The notes under the pieces: generated by a model
Seen by the model: only the letters and a program-made list of their open reading frames with translations
Databases searched by the model: none
Told to the model about the DNA's origin: nothing
Program-made: the position numbers and the translations under genes
Shown here: one piece after another, positions 24,324 through 36,590 of the stretch
How the letters are laid out: each line of letters opens with the position of its first letter
Position numbering within the stretch: the first letter of the stretch is position 1
NCBI RefSeq assembly: GCF_006345805.1
Contig: NC_043014.1
Span: 35,216,001 to 35,280,000 of the forward strand
Source of the DNA: Octopus sinensis
Taxonomy: Eukaryota
Reading direction: 5' to 3'
Length of the DNA stretch: 64,000 bases

Positions 24324-24452
24324 GCAGCAAAAAATACAATGTGACTTTAAAATGTCCTGAAGATTCCACAGAACTCAATTGCGGGCATCTGTTTTCTGCT
24401 GTCGAAAATGTCACTGGTGTCCCTGAAAACAGGCAACGTTTGATATTTAAAG
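24324..24452 (+). CDS. BAG1: BAG1 exon 2, ubiquitin-like domain
   Basis: Acceptor TTTCATTTCAG, donor AAAG|GTGAGT. Encodes GSKKYNVTLKCPEDSTELNCGHLFSAVENVTGVPENRQRLIFKG, similar to human BAG1 VTGVPQSFQKLIFKG. Confidence 0.92.
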
Positions 24453-25943
24453 GTGAGTTGTATGTAAATAGAAGTGTAGTGGATAACATTGGGCCATATG
24501 GTTGCGAGTTCAAATCTGTTGACGCAACAGCATTGTCATCATCCTCATTATCATGTATTTTTGTCATTTCCTTGGTCATTGTTGCCAGGTTTTGTGATGA
24601 CATTATTGTCAATGACATTGATATCATAATTCTCATCACTACTATTTTGCATCGTCATCATTGTTTTAGTGTCCACTTTTACATGCTTGCTTGGGTTGGA
24701 CGGGGTTTATCGTGACAAATTTCCTATGGCTGGATGCCCACCTTGTCAGTAACCCTCACTCGTTTTCAAGCAAGGCTGATATTTCTCCATGGCCAGGCAT
24801 GTTCTTACAGAATGTTGGAAATGAACTACACTGCTTGTTTGACAGTGACATTCATTTACAACTATCATGTGATGTCAGGACAAGGAGACTCACACACACA
24901 CACAGATACAATGTGATGGGTTTCTTTCATTTCCCATCTACCAAATCTACTCACAAGGCTTTAAGTTAGTTAGGGACTATATTAGAAGACACAAGCCCAA
25001 GGTGTCATGCAGTGGGACTGAACCTGAAACCAGGTGGTTTGGAAGTAAACTCCTTAACCAGAGCTACTTTGGCACCTATAGCAAACTTTTTTACCACCAG
25101 GAATATTAGTCACAACCACCATCATCACCACTACCACCATCATCACCATGGAGATCATCACTGCCTCAACTACACTGTTACCTCCATATTTTATCAAGTT
25201 TCAGTGGCCATGCTGGGGCACTGCCTTGCAAAACTTTAGTCAAATGAATCAACACCAACATTTATTTTGTTAAGCCTGGTTCACATTCTATCAGTGTGTT
25301 GCTGAACTGCTAATTTATGAGAATGTAAACACACCAACACCGGTTGTCAAGCAGTGGTGGGAGACAAACAATGACACACAAACACACCACACTGTAAAGT
25401 GGTTGGTGTTTGGAAGGGCATCCAGGTGTAAAAACCTTGCCAAAACTGACCTCACCTGTGTTTGCGTCATGTAAAAAGCACTCAGTCCACTCTGTGGGGT
25501 GGTTGGTGTTAGGAAGTACATCCAGCCCTAAAAACCATTCCAAAACAGACTCAGAAGTCTGGTGCAGGCTCCTGCCTGGTTGGCTTCTGTCAAACAGTAC
25601 AGCCCATGCCAGCATGGAATGTGGACGGGAAATGACAATGAGGATATATATGTACATATGTACACGATGGGCTTCTTTCAGTTTCTTTCTACCAATTCCA
25701 CTCACAAGACTTTGGCCGGTCCAAGGCTCAAGTAGAAGACACTTGCCCAAGGTGCCATGCAGTGGGACTGAACTCTCTTTTTCTCTTTTCTTTTACTCTT
25801 TTACTTGTTTCAGTCATTTGACTGCGGCCATGCTGGAGCACCGCCTTTTAATCGAGCAACTCGACCCCGGGGCCTATTCTTTGTGAGCCCAGTACTTATT
25901 CTATTGGTCTCTTTTGCCAAACCGCTAAGTGACGGGGACATAA

Positions 25944-26463
25944 GAACGAAACATGTGTATATACACACACAATATTTAAGAACAAGGAATATACACAAAA
26001 AAGAACGAATCAAAAACAAATATTTTATATTTTACTTTTATCGTATTGTTGTTTACATTTTCTGTCTCTACGGTGACCAGAACCAACAGAATCGCCATGG
26101 TGAAATCCATAGCGGCGTGCGATAAGACTGGTCGCTGTTCTAAAATAGAACACTGCCAGAAAACCACACCTGCCACATCTGTACGGAACCCGAAAATACG
26201 TTCCGTAATCGCTGGGGTCGAATGTGGGACATGTCTCATCTCTGTCTGCCTCCAATGTGCCACGGACTTTCAGAAGATCCCAGGCCAAAAAAAGAGCCAT
26301 CATAATGCTATGATGGATAGACTCTGGAAGATGGTTCAGCTTAAATCTTGGACTTTCAGTGTCAGGCCTGCGTGCCTCCACACCGACGATTGGTCTCCCC
26401 CTGCCACTCCCGTGGAGGAGGCGGAACAGCAACAGCAGCAACAACAAAATCAACCACAACCAG

Positions 26464-26496
<33 letters not shown>

Positions 26497-29400
26497 TAGA
26501 GCAGCAGCAGCAGCAACAACAAAATCAACCACAACCAGAGCAGCAGCAACAAAAAATCAACCACAACCAGAGCAGCAGCAACAACAACAACAGCAACAAC
26601 AAAATCAACCACAACCAGAGCAACAGCAGCAACAACAACAACACCAATTGACCAGTGCGGTTCTTGCAGAACTGCAACAATCGATCTGTGCTTTAAAAGG
26701 GGAAGTAGCAGGAATAAAAGCAACCATTCAGGTTGGACTCCACAATGAGGGGTCTTATCGGAATGCTCTGCTAAAGAACCTCCCTGTACCTGTACCTCTT
26801 GTCGCATTTAAGACCGCGGATTCTGCCACCCATGAAGTCATTGCCATTGGGGTGCCAGAAGACATGGCTGATCTTCAGGCTTTTGCTGCCAACTCAGCCA
26901 AAGACCTAGGCTGCGTTCCCCAACGGGTGCTATCCGCCTTGGACGACCTGGCCCAAAACCTAGGCTCATCAAGTTGTCTTTTACGGACCCCCACTGAGGC
27001 AACCTCTTACATCTGGCCTCAGTTAAAGCTGGGCGGGAAAATCGGACCACCGAACACCTTCCAACACGCCCAGGCTTACCGTCCAATGTACGTCCGAAGC
27101 CTACGTGTAGTGGCTTCGCTGAATAGGGAACTCAGCTCTACAGGAAAGCTTCAGTCTTCGGGAAGATGGACAAATCTGGAGATTTGTCAAGACTGCTGAA
27201 ACGTGGAAGAGAGATACCAGCTGGTCTGAGTGCTCTCTACCCACAATAACTAAAAAGACTACAGCAACTCAGGGAAACTAAGCCAGAACAACCTGCCATC
27301 CTCTACACACCATCATAAACTGCGAGCAGGGTACAAATTGTTGTCCTTAAATGCTCGCAGTTTATGCAACAAAATACATTTGTTCAACGCCTACGTCAGA
27401 AGTGTTGACCCTGACTTCATCACTGTCACGGAAACATGGGCGCATTCCTTACTCTGTGATGGGGTTTTCAACATTACGGGGTACAACCTCTTCCGTAAGG
27501 ACTGCACTAACCGCCGTGGTGGTGGTGTGATGGTCTACGTTCGTTCAATTTTTTGGTAATTCCTTGTGCCGATTTGAACGAATCACAAGAAGAAGTTTTT
27601 TTCTGTGACGTGCGTATGACCATGTCAACATTCCTGCTTGGCGTTGTTTATCGTCCCCCAAGTTACCATCGGGACACACAGCTTTGCAATGTCCTCCGAG
27701 CTGCTGCCAGGAAAAACAGCCACTTATGTGTTTATTGCAGGCGATTTCAATCATCCTGAGATCGATTGGGAGACCTTCCATTGGCCACAGAGTGCAAACG
27801 ATTTGTTGAGCTTGTGCTGGACTCAAACTGGTCACAAGTAGTCACCTCTCCAACAAGAGGCGACAACACCTTGGACCTGCTCTTCACCACAACTCCTGAA
27901 GCGGTTATCAATTGCACTACGGAGGAACCTCTAGGTGACTCTGATCATGCTATGATCATCGCCAATCTGCTCTTGCGGGCAACAAAAAACTGAACCATCT
28001 CCAATCTGCTTCCTTCGATTGGAAGAGAGCAGATTGGAACCTGTACCACACTGAACTACAGCACCCAAACTGGCGTGAATTCTACAACTTGGAGATGTGA
28101 ATACTATACTCCAGAGTATCCTGGACTCAATATGGGCAGCATGTGCAGCATCAGTGCCACGTAAACAAAAAAAGAAGAAACCGCCCCAAAAGGGCAATTT
28201 GGGAAACTTCAGCGGTCCGACTTGCCAGGAGGGAACGTCGGACTGCTGAACGGGAATACAGGTTGTTGCATAAATCAGACACCAACAGGAAGAAGCGGAA
28301 TAAATCCTCCAACCATCTCAAGCAAGTGACAAAAAAAGCAGTGCTTGAATTTGAACAGTGCATAGCAGCCAATCCTGACAGCAAGGTTTTCTGGAAATAT
28401 GTGCACTCAAAGCAGAGACCTCACTCTCCAGTGGGCCTCTTCGCAACCCTCACACAAACCAGATCACTGACGACCCCAAGGAATGCGCAGAACTCATTGC
28501 CGAGTGCTATGCAAACATATTCACTGTTGAAAGTCAAAATGTACCATCTCACCATCACTAACAGCAAACTCCATAACAACTATGGAATTTACACCTGCAA
28601 TGCTGCGACGTCACCTTCAAAATAAGCGCAACTATGCCTCCCTGGTCTCGATGGAGTTACATACCTGCTTCTCAAACGTGGCAGGCACTTCCTTTTACAC
28701 CAGCTTTTCTTTTCTTCCAGTACTGTCTCAACAATGGTGCTACTCCGGAGCAGTGGAAAACTGCCAGTGTCATTCCTCTGTTCAAAAAGGGCGACCGCAC
28801 ATCACCTGTCAACTATCGCCCAGTCAGTCTCACTAGCTGTATTGCAAAACTGATGGAATCGTGTGTCAGAGAAACACTCTGGAACTTCTGGAGCTCTCAC
28901 AGTCTCATCCGACCCTCACATATGGATTTGTCCCTAACTCCAGCTGCAGTGACCAGCTTGTCGAGTTCCTTGAGGACATTACTCAGATTACTGACAGTGG
29001 CTCATGGGTGGATGTTGTCTACCTTGACTTTGCTAAGGCTTTCAACTCTGTGCCACACAAAAGGCTTATGGTGAAACTCTCTGCAATGGGTGTGGGGGAT
29101 GACCTTTTTAACTGGTTGAAATCCTTCATCCTCAGCCGAAAGGAGGTAGTCACAGTTCTAGGACAGCACTCTACACCATATGAGATGTCATCGGGTGTAC
29201 ACAGGGATCTGTCCTTGGTCCCCTCTTGTTTGTGGCATACATTAACGACATAGATGCCAATTTAAAGAATGCCACAGTATTGAAATATGCAGACGACATC
29301 AAGCTGTACCTTGAAATCAAGAGGACAGATCCTGATGTCTACAATTCTTTCCTGCAATCAGACCTAGACACAATGCAGCAATGGATCACAGACTGGCAAC

Positions 29401-30160
29401 TGAAACTGGCTGTGGACAAGTGTACCACCATGCATTTTGGGAGAAAAAACCCTGCGTTCACATACTCCCTCCACAACACTGATATCAAGAAATCCTCTTG
29501 CGAGCGTGACCTAGGCATCACTGTCAGCAGTGATTTGCATTGGTCAAAGCATATCTCTAAGATTGTCAGGAAGGCCGAGGGTGTCTTAGCATCACTCAGC
29601 AGGTCTTTTGTTAGCCGCTCTCCAGCCATCTATTTAAAACTGTATACAGCTATGGTACGACCACACTTGGAATTCGCATCATCAGTTTGGAACCCCTATC
29701 TTGCACAGAACATTGACCTCCTGGAATCTGTCAGAGACGTGCAACCAAACGCATACCCTCCATCAGACACCTACCATATTCTGAGCGCCTTGTTTCCCTG
29801 GGCATGGATTCACTGAAGCTCCGGCGTTTGGTGACGGACTTGGTAAACACCCACAAAGTTATCAACCACCTCACCAACACAACACTGAACACCTTTTTGA
29901 TCTCCATGTGTCTAACACACGTGGACATGCCTACAAAGTCAGAAAACAATACAGCTCCCATGACTTTCGGAAACATTTTTTCACGCTCAGAGTTGCTGAA
30001 GCATGGAATAAACTGCCTGCGTCAGTTGTTGACTGCCATGACACTGCATCTTTTAAGGCCCTCATGCTTTCCGAAATCCGCCGAAACTACACCTGATTAT
30101 ATATACACTTTAGATGAGTTGTAGTGCACCTGAGCACTGTACACAATTATTATTATTATT
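25944..30160 (+). mobile_element. Full-length CR1-clade LINE (ORF1 with Cys/His finger, polyQ and coiled coil; ORF2 APE endonuclease plus RT)
   Basis: ORF1 from GCCATGG at 26097 to about 27199. ORF2 motifs LSLNARSL, VTETW, RRGGGV, AGDFNHP, VYLDFAKAF, YADD and the CR1 C-terminus TRGHAYK...FFTLRVAEAWNKLP. (ATT)n tail. It splits a SINE with ATAA on both sides (25940-25943, 30161-30164). Confidence 0.92.
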
Positions 30161-30603
30161 ATAAACACACTAGCATCGATTGTCAAGCAATGCTTGGGGG
30201 ACAAACACACACACACACACACATACATATTACATATATATACATATATATGACGGGCTTCTTTCAGTTTCCGTCTACCAAATCCACTCACAAGGCTTTG
30301 GTCGGCCCGAGGCTATAGTAGAAGACACTTGCCCAAGGTGCCATGCAGTGGGACTGAAACCCGAACCATGTGGTTGGTAAACAAGCTACTTACCACACAG
30401 CCACTCCTGCGCCTGAACTGAGGACCATGTGGCTTGGACGCAAACTTCTTACCACACTGGCCACGCCTGTTGCCTTCACCACAATCACTTCTACCATTGT
30501 CTCCAACCACCACCTTATCAGTTATACCACATCAACCATCATCATGTCTATACCATGTCTCTGTTGGATGTTGCATCATAATCTGAAAATGTTTTCGTTT
30601 TAG

Positions 30604-30686
30604 GAAAATCTCTCACTGATGCTGCTCAAAATCTGAGTGAGATGGGCATGAAGGAAGGTGCTATCATCATGCTGATGACTAAGGCT
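30604..30686 (+). CDS. BAG1: BAG1 exon 3, end of the UBL domain
   Basis: Acceptor TTTCGTTTTAG, donor GCT|GTGAGT. Encodes GKSLTDAAQNLSEMGMKEGAIIMLMTKA, similar to human [28 protein letters not shown]; 83 nt, phase 1 to 0. Confidence 0.92.
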
Positions 30687-30973
30687 GTGAGTTATATCAT
30701 TTGTCCTTTTTTTTTTTGTTTTTAATTTTCTTGTTTCAGTTTTATAGACTGTGGCCATGCTGGGGCACTACTTTGAAGAGTTTTTTTAGTCAAACAAATC
30801 GACCCTGCTACTTTATGTTTTTTTAAAGTCTGGTACTTATTCTGTCAGTCTCTTTTGCCGAAATGCTAAGTTATTGGTGCGTAAACAACCAACACTGGTT
30901 GTCAAGCAGTTGAAGGGAAAAAAGACGGTCACACACACGCACATACGCACACGTGTGTGTGTGTGTGTGTATT

Positions 30974-31199
30974 TAATAATAATAATAATAATAATAATTG
31001 TGTACAGTGCTCAGGTGCACTACAACTCATCTAAAGTGTATATATAATCAGGTGTAGTTTCGGCGGATTTCGGAAAGCATGAGGGCCTTAAAGGATGTAG
31101 TGTCATGGCAGTCAACAACTGACGCAGGCAGTTTATTCCATGCTTCAGCAACTCTGAGCGTGAAAAAATGTTTCCGAAAGTCATGGGAGCTGTGTTGTT
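30974..31199 (-). mobile_element. 5'-truncated copy of the same CR1 (3' end plus tail)
   Basis: Reverse complement of 29945-30160 with about 3 mismatches. Confidence 0.95.
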
Positions 31200-31289
31200 A
31201 TAAAAGGTAAATAAGTAACAAGGATTATTTACATTTTGTTCACCCAACTTCAAGCTGCATGGACTATATCTAACACATGGACTATATCT

Positions 31290-31900
31290 TCCTGGGTTCC
31301 CCTCTTCCACAGGTGCCATCCACTTTAAGTGTTTGACACTTCTTTATACACCTGTCTTCATTCATATGCATCATGTCCAAATCAACATTATTGTCTCCCT
31401 TGCATGCTGTATCTGATGCCTCTTATGCCCAGCTTTTCTCACAACACATTGGTACTTTGTTGTACATGCACATCTATTGGATGTTGCATATCCATCGGAG
31501 AATATTTGCTTCATTGCAGTATAGCTATTTGTACACAAGCATCATACAATCTGCCTTTCACTTTGAGTAAGAGGCCTTTTGTTGAGTCTAGCAGAGGTAA
31601 TAGCTTGCTGAACCTCATCCTATTCTAGCAACAATACTTTCCTCCACCACTGCTAATTTGGTCACCTGAGTAATAGAAACTATCTACAACCTCAAGTGAG
31701 CTTCCTGAACAAATGCTTTTTACCATCATTGCCTTGAGCTAACTCCAGCTTCGTGAGTAAAAGTGGGGCTAGGTAGAAACCATGTAGAGGACTGTGGCAA
31801 ATGGACTGTTGTTATCTCCTTTGTGAGGTCCAACATCTTGAGATTGGCCCTCTCTACTTCATCCCATGTCTTCCTGGGTTTCCCTCTTCTACAGGTGCAA
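31290..31900 (-). mobile_element. Degenerate RTE RT C-terminal fragment
   Basis: Homologous by eye to 42900-43400 (GKPRKTWDEV; KGLLLKVKGRLYDACV-like DNA). Confidence 0.75.
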
Positions 31901-33820
31901 CATATGTTACTCAAAGGGACAACCTTGTCACATATTGTATCATATGGATAGGCTGTCCAGTTTGAGTGTAAATCAGGTAGAATATTTGCCCTGGATATTG
32001 CTAGTTTAAATGCTAAATGGTTAACCAGTAACTAGTTTGGTTCTTAGAGTAATTGTATGCTCATTGTTAACTCCTTTTGTTACCATATTTCTGTTAAAAT
32101 ACACCGCTTTTGTTTCGGTTAATTTTAAAATTAATGAATTTGATAAAACAACCTCATTATTAAAATGGTTTTTGAAACATAAATTAACATGGTTCTAGGT
32201 TCAGTCTTGCTGCGAGGTACCTTAGGCAAGAGTCTTCTACTATAGCCTCGAGTGTGTGTGTGTGTGTATATATATGTATACATTTATGTATGTGTGTATC
32301 AGTGTGTCTGTGTTTATCCCCCACCATCACTTGACTACTGATGTTGGTGTATTTTCATCCCTGTAACTTAGCAGTTGGGTGAAAGAGACAAATAGAATAA
32401 GTACTAGGCTTACAAAGAATAAGTCTTGGGGTCAATTTCTTTGATTAAAAAAAAAAATTTAAGGTGGTGCTCCAGCATGGCTGCAGTCAAATGACTGAAA
32501 CAAGTAAAAGAATTATTAAAATAGTTTTTGAAACATAATTTAACATGAAATTTTGATGAAAACTTTTAATTTAGATCACTTTAAATAACAAGTTTGTATC
32601 ATAGAGTCAGGGATAATCTTAGGCGGGTTTCTATCAAAATATTTCATCCTCCCCATCATCCTGGTGCTGATCTGAGATCAAATTGATTGCAACATTTTAA
32701 ACACTAGAGAATCTTTCACTCCTAATAGCGGTTTCAAATTTTGGCACAAGGCCAGCAATTTCGGGGATGGAGTAAGTCAATTGCATTAATCTCAGAGCTT
32801 AACTGGTACTTATTTTATCGTCCCTGAAAGGATCAAAGGCAAAGTCGGTCTCAGTGGAATTTGAACTTGGATGAAATGCCGCTAAGCATTTTACCTGGCA
32901 TGCTAATGATTCTGCCAGCTCGCCACCTTTTTCACCCCTCAGTTCCACCTGGTCGTTGCCAGTGCTGCCTGAGTGGCTCCTGTACCGGTGGCATGTAAAA
33001 AGCACCATTCAAGCATGGTCGTTGCCAGTGCCACCTGACTGACTCTTGTGCTGGTGGCATGTAAAAAGCACCACTGCCTGACTGGCCCTCATACTGGTGA
33101 CATGTAAAAAGCACCCACTACACTCTCGGAGTGGTTGGCATTAGGAAGGGCATCCAGCTGTAGAAACTTTGCCAGATCAGATTGGAGCCTGGTACAGCCT
33201 TCTGGCTTGCCGGTCCTCAGTCAAACCGTCTAACCCATGCCAACATGGAAAGCTGATGTTAAACAACGATGATGATGATAAATAATATTATGTTAATGGA
33301 CGTTTTTCCTGTAGCTATCAACCTGCAGTTTTTGAAGAGGAGCATTGACCTTGTTAACCTCACCAATCTTCAAGAGTCTGCAAAAACTAGGGGTACAGTA
33401 CCTTCCTTCAGGCTGAACCATTTAAATGGAAATTCCAAATAATTATAATATTATTGACACAATGAGGAAAGGCATCCCCTTGTAGAAAACATGCCAATGT
33501 ACACTTCTCTGGCTTAATAGCTCCTGTCAAACTGTCCAACCCATGCCAGCATGGAAAACAGACATTAAATGATGATGATGATGATTGTTGATGCCTTTAG
33601 CTACCTGTACCGTACACTGACAAGCCAACAAAGTAGTGTGTATGCATTTGCTTGACTTGCTTAAAATAGTGGCTGGTAACAAAATGACACCCTAGTGTTT
33701 TAAAAATGTAAGGACATTAACTAATGATATCTGAGGTCAGTCTAATCAGGGCTGACCTGGGGCTAAACAACAATTGCTTGATTACATGTGCTTTTTATTT
33801 TTTTTGTTTTTTGACTACAG

Positions 33821-33946
33821 ATCCCTTGTAAAGATGGTGAAACCTTAACAAAAGAAGAAGAGGTTCTTCTAACCATTGACAGTGAAGTGGAAGCAAAAGG
33901 TCGATATCTTCAGGAATTTACCCAGAATGTCATGGACTTCTGTCAA
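33821..33946 (+). CDS. BAG1: BAG1 exon 4, start of the BAG domain
   Basis: Long T tract plus ACTACAG acceptor, donor CAA|GTAAGT. Encodes IPCKDGETLTKEEEVLLTIDSEVEAKGRYLQEFTQNVMDFCQ (42 codons, phase 0/0). Confidence 0.85.
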
Positions 33947-34115
33947 GTAAGTAGCTCTAACATACTGTTTTTAATTAGTCTTCCTTACTTTATTTTTTTA
34001 ATTTGATAAATTTGCACCTTGCAGAGAAGAAGATAATGATGGTAACAGATTTATAATCAGTAGTTTTTCTAGAAGCGACTCTTCTATTGTTGCAATATTT
34101 CATAGTTTGGTTCAT

Positions 34116-34553
34116 TGGATCTTTTCGGTTTGAACGGCAGTTTTTCTAGCGGTGTCATATGAAATTGTCACCCATAATTATGACCCTAGTATCAATCTAT
34201 TGCATTTCAATCTGTTTTAGGGTTAGGGTTAGTTAGGGTTGGTTAGGGTTAGGGGTGGAGGGAAGGGTATCGTTTTTCTTCAGAAATGTAAATAAACCCA
34301 ATCTGTTTCTTAAACAAGGGACATATTCATACGGCACAAAATGTTTTCACCTCAATAGACGTCATTGATAGGTTGAAATTGCAGAAATTGAAGAAAAAAT
34401 ACAACAAATATCTTACAAACTATAGAATTTTCTCAATAAAACCAAGAGAAAAAGATGTTTTATAAACACATTCTACCAGTATATGAAGTTTAAAAGTGTT
34501 TAGTTATGTGGAAATTATTTTAAAAAACTGCCGTTCAAACCGAAAAGAGCCGG
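34116..34553. mobile_element. MITE with ~30-bp TIRs, a 7-8 bp TSD (hAT-like) and internal TTAGGG repeats
   Basis: TIRs GGATCTTTTCGGTTTGAACGGCAGTTTTT / AAAAAACTGCCGTTCAAACCGAAAAGAGCC; TGGTTCAT at 34108-34115 and 34554-34561. Confidence 0.8.
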
Positions 34554-34740
34554 TGGTTCATCTATAATATGTTATATCATCACAACGACTGGTCTGTGGA
34601 TATGATCTAACATCCTGCTTTTACCTGATAGATGGAATATTTCATTGCCAATTTGTCATCAACTAATCAACAATCAGTATTTTGTATATTGTCTGATGCC
34701 CCTAACTGGCAATTACTGTAAACCTCTATGTATAATATAA

Positions 34741-34902
34741 ATTCTGTTGTGTCTGAGGAGAATCATTTTGTGCCTTATAATGTAACACACTTACCAGTAA
34801 AGTTTCCACTTATTTAAAAAAAAATAAGTGGAAATTTTACTGGTAAGTGTGTTACATTATAAGGCACAAAAAGAAAATGACTCTCCCCAGACACAACAGA
34901 AT
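34741..34902. repeat. 162-nt foldback (internally deleted MITE)
   Basis: Arms of about 75 nt are reverse complements with few mismatches, around an A-run loop. Confidence 0.92.
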
Positions 34903-36290
34903 ATGTTTCAACATACAAACTCATAGAAAGAATCTTGCAAACCAAATCCAAAAACGAAATATAATATAAATGTTTTTCACCAAAATCAAGATAAAATACT
35001 GGGGTGCATATAACACATGGTGTGAGGCTATAAAGTTTTTCCCTAACCATTTTAATTTAGAAAGGAAAAAATAGTGTAATGTATCATCATTGTTGCCATC
35101 ATCAATATTATTTTTATGTTCATTCTTCTGTGCTGGCATGGGTTATATAAGATTTATTCAGCTAGATTTTCCACAGCTGGATACTCTTGTCATCAGTTCT
35201 TGTTTTTCAAGTAAGGTATTTTTCATTCGGCTGCATCTCACATGTTGAAACTGATAAAGCAATTAAGCTCAAATGGTGTTAATGGAGTCACATGAAATCA
35301 ACGTTCACACACATGCAAACATGCATACATAGGTGCATACATACATGCATACATATGTCTGTTCACTGTGCACTGTTTCCATCTTCAAATTCCACTTGTG
35401 AGGCATTGGTGTATATAGAATAAGACACACACACATGATACCAAGCTGTGGGATTGAACCTGAAACCAGATAGCTTGCAAATCAAACTTTGTAACCCCAA
35501 TCCATATGTGCACCTATCAGTTGTAACAAAGTTTTATTTTTTGGTTATTATTTTAATATATATCACTATACAATATTTAACATATAATAAAATTGTAAAA
35601 CATTTATTAGATTATAGTAAATTATCTGCTTTGTACATGGTGTTATAAGGTTTTGAACACAATTTAAGCCCCAAAATTGTGAAAAGTATTACACATGAAC
35701 TTTTATGGTAGTTCATTTGATATATTTCAGCAAGTCTTTTTCTTTCTTTTTAATATACTGGAGTGAAATCTGAGTGAAATTCGGCTGCTATTTCTAGCAG
35801 GATGCACAACTGCATAGAGGCTCTCCTGCTGGCTTGTTCAAGGAAGAAAGGGCTGGTGCATAGGCAGTAGTCATTGCCTTTTCAGCATTCACTCAGGCTG
35901 GAAAGAATGATGCATATTGTTTATCCCTTCTTGTTTATCAAAAACTATGTTATTTAAGACAGCAGGATCTACTCTGTGGGATAATTAGTTACCATTTCTA
36001 GCAAGTGAATAAATGCTTCCCTTGTTTGCTCAGGCTTCTATCATTGGATAATGTCTGAATAAAGAAGGTCTTGGAATATCTTTGACAATAGGTTTGTTCA
36101 GTTATAGCTGGTCTAGGGTTAGAGAAAAACTAGAAAGAAAGACACAGCAGGCTATGTAGTCCTTGATACATTATACCTAAAATAAAGTTGTAATGCTTAA
36201 GGTAAGGCATTTAATCCATCACTCTGTCTTTTCTTTCACTCATTGTTCTCTCTGGTAATAATAATTCTTCAGCTACATTGAACACAGTAT

Positions 36291-36590
36291 GGAGGCATGT
36301 GGCCTAGTGGTTAGAGCAGCAGACTTGTGGTCGAGGGATCGTGGGTTCGAATCTCAGACCGAACGATGTGTGTGTTTATGAGCGGAACACCTAAGCTCCA
36401 CACCGCTCAGGCAGAAGGTAATGGCGAAACTTCTGCTGACTCTTTCGCCACAACTTTCTCTCACTCTTTCCTCCTGCATCTTGCAGCTCACCTGTGATGG
36501 GCCGGCGTCCCGTCCAGGTGGGGAACCTATACACCAAGAAACCGGGAAACTGGCCCTTATAAGCCAGGCATGGCTCAAGAAGGAACAAAC
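36291..36590 (+). mobile_element. SINE family C (tRNA-like head GGCGCAATGGCCCAGTGGTTAG type)
   Basis: Related copies at about 1360-1566(-), 13266-13600(+), 19430-19672(-), 52420-52593(-) and 58563-58848(-). Confidence 0.8.

Noticed and set aside
24341-24715. 124-aa ORF containing a UBL-like start as a stand-alone gene
   Set aside because: It is BAG1 exon 2 read through the GTGAGT donor into intron and SINE sequence.
25946-25960. CGAAACATGTGTA at the CR1 5' junction as a hammerhead half
   Set aside because: No CUGAnGA or stem II upstream; a 13-nt match in AT-rich DNA may be chance.
26060-26104. Cryptic acceptor in the CR1 5' UTR giving a BAG1 UBL-ORF1 fusion
   Set aside because: Splicing phase-1 exon 2 to either AG (26080, 26089) is out of frame with ORF1 and stops at TGA within a few codons.
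30097-30603. Recurrent short ORFs such as MSGFGRRKLKEA or GLLSVSVYQIHSQG seen at many loci
   Set aside because: They are translations of SINE family A copies, not a gene family.
34217-34254. Idea that the ZNF finger pairs bind telomeric TTAGGG
   Set aside because: His at helix position 3 of the second finger predicts G, not T, in the middle of the 5' triplet; there is no other support.
34753-34876. CTGAGGA ... long stem ... GAAA as a hammerhead
   Set aside because: The stem does not abut the core, there is no stem III or NUH, and both motifs are simply symmetric parts of the MITE inverted repeat.
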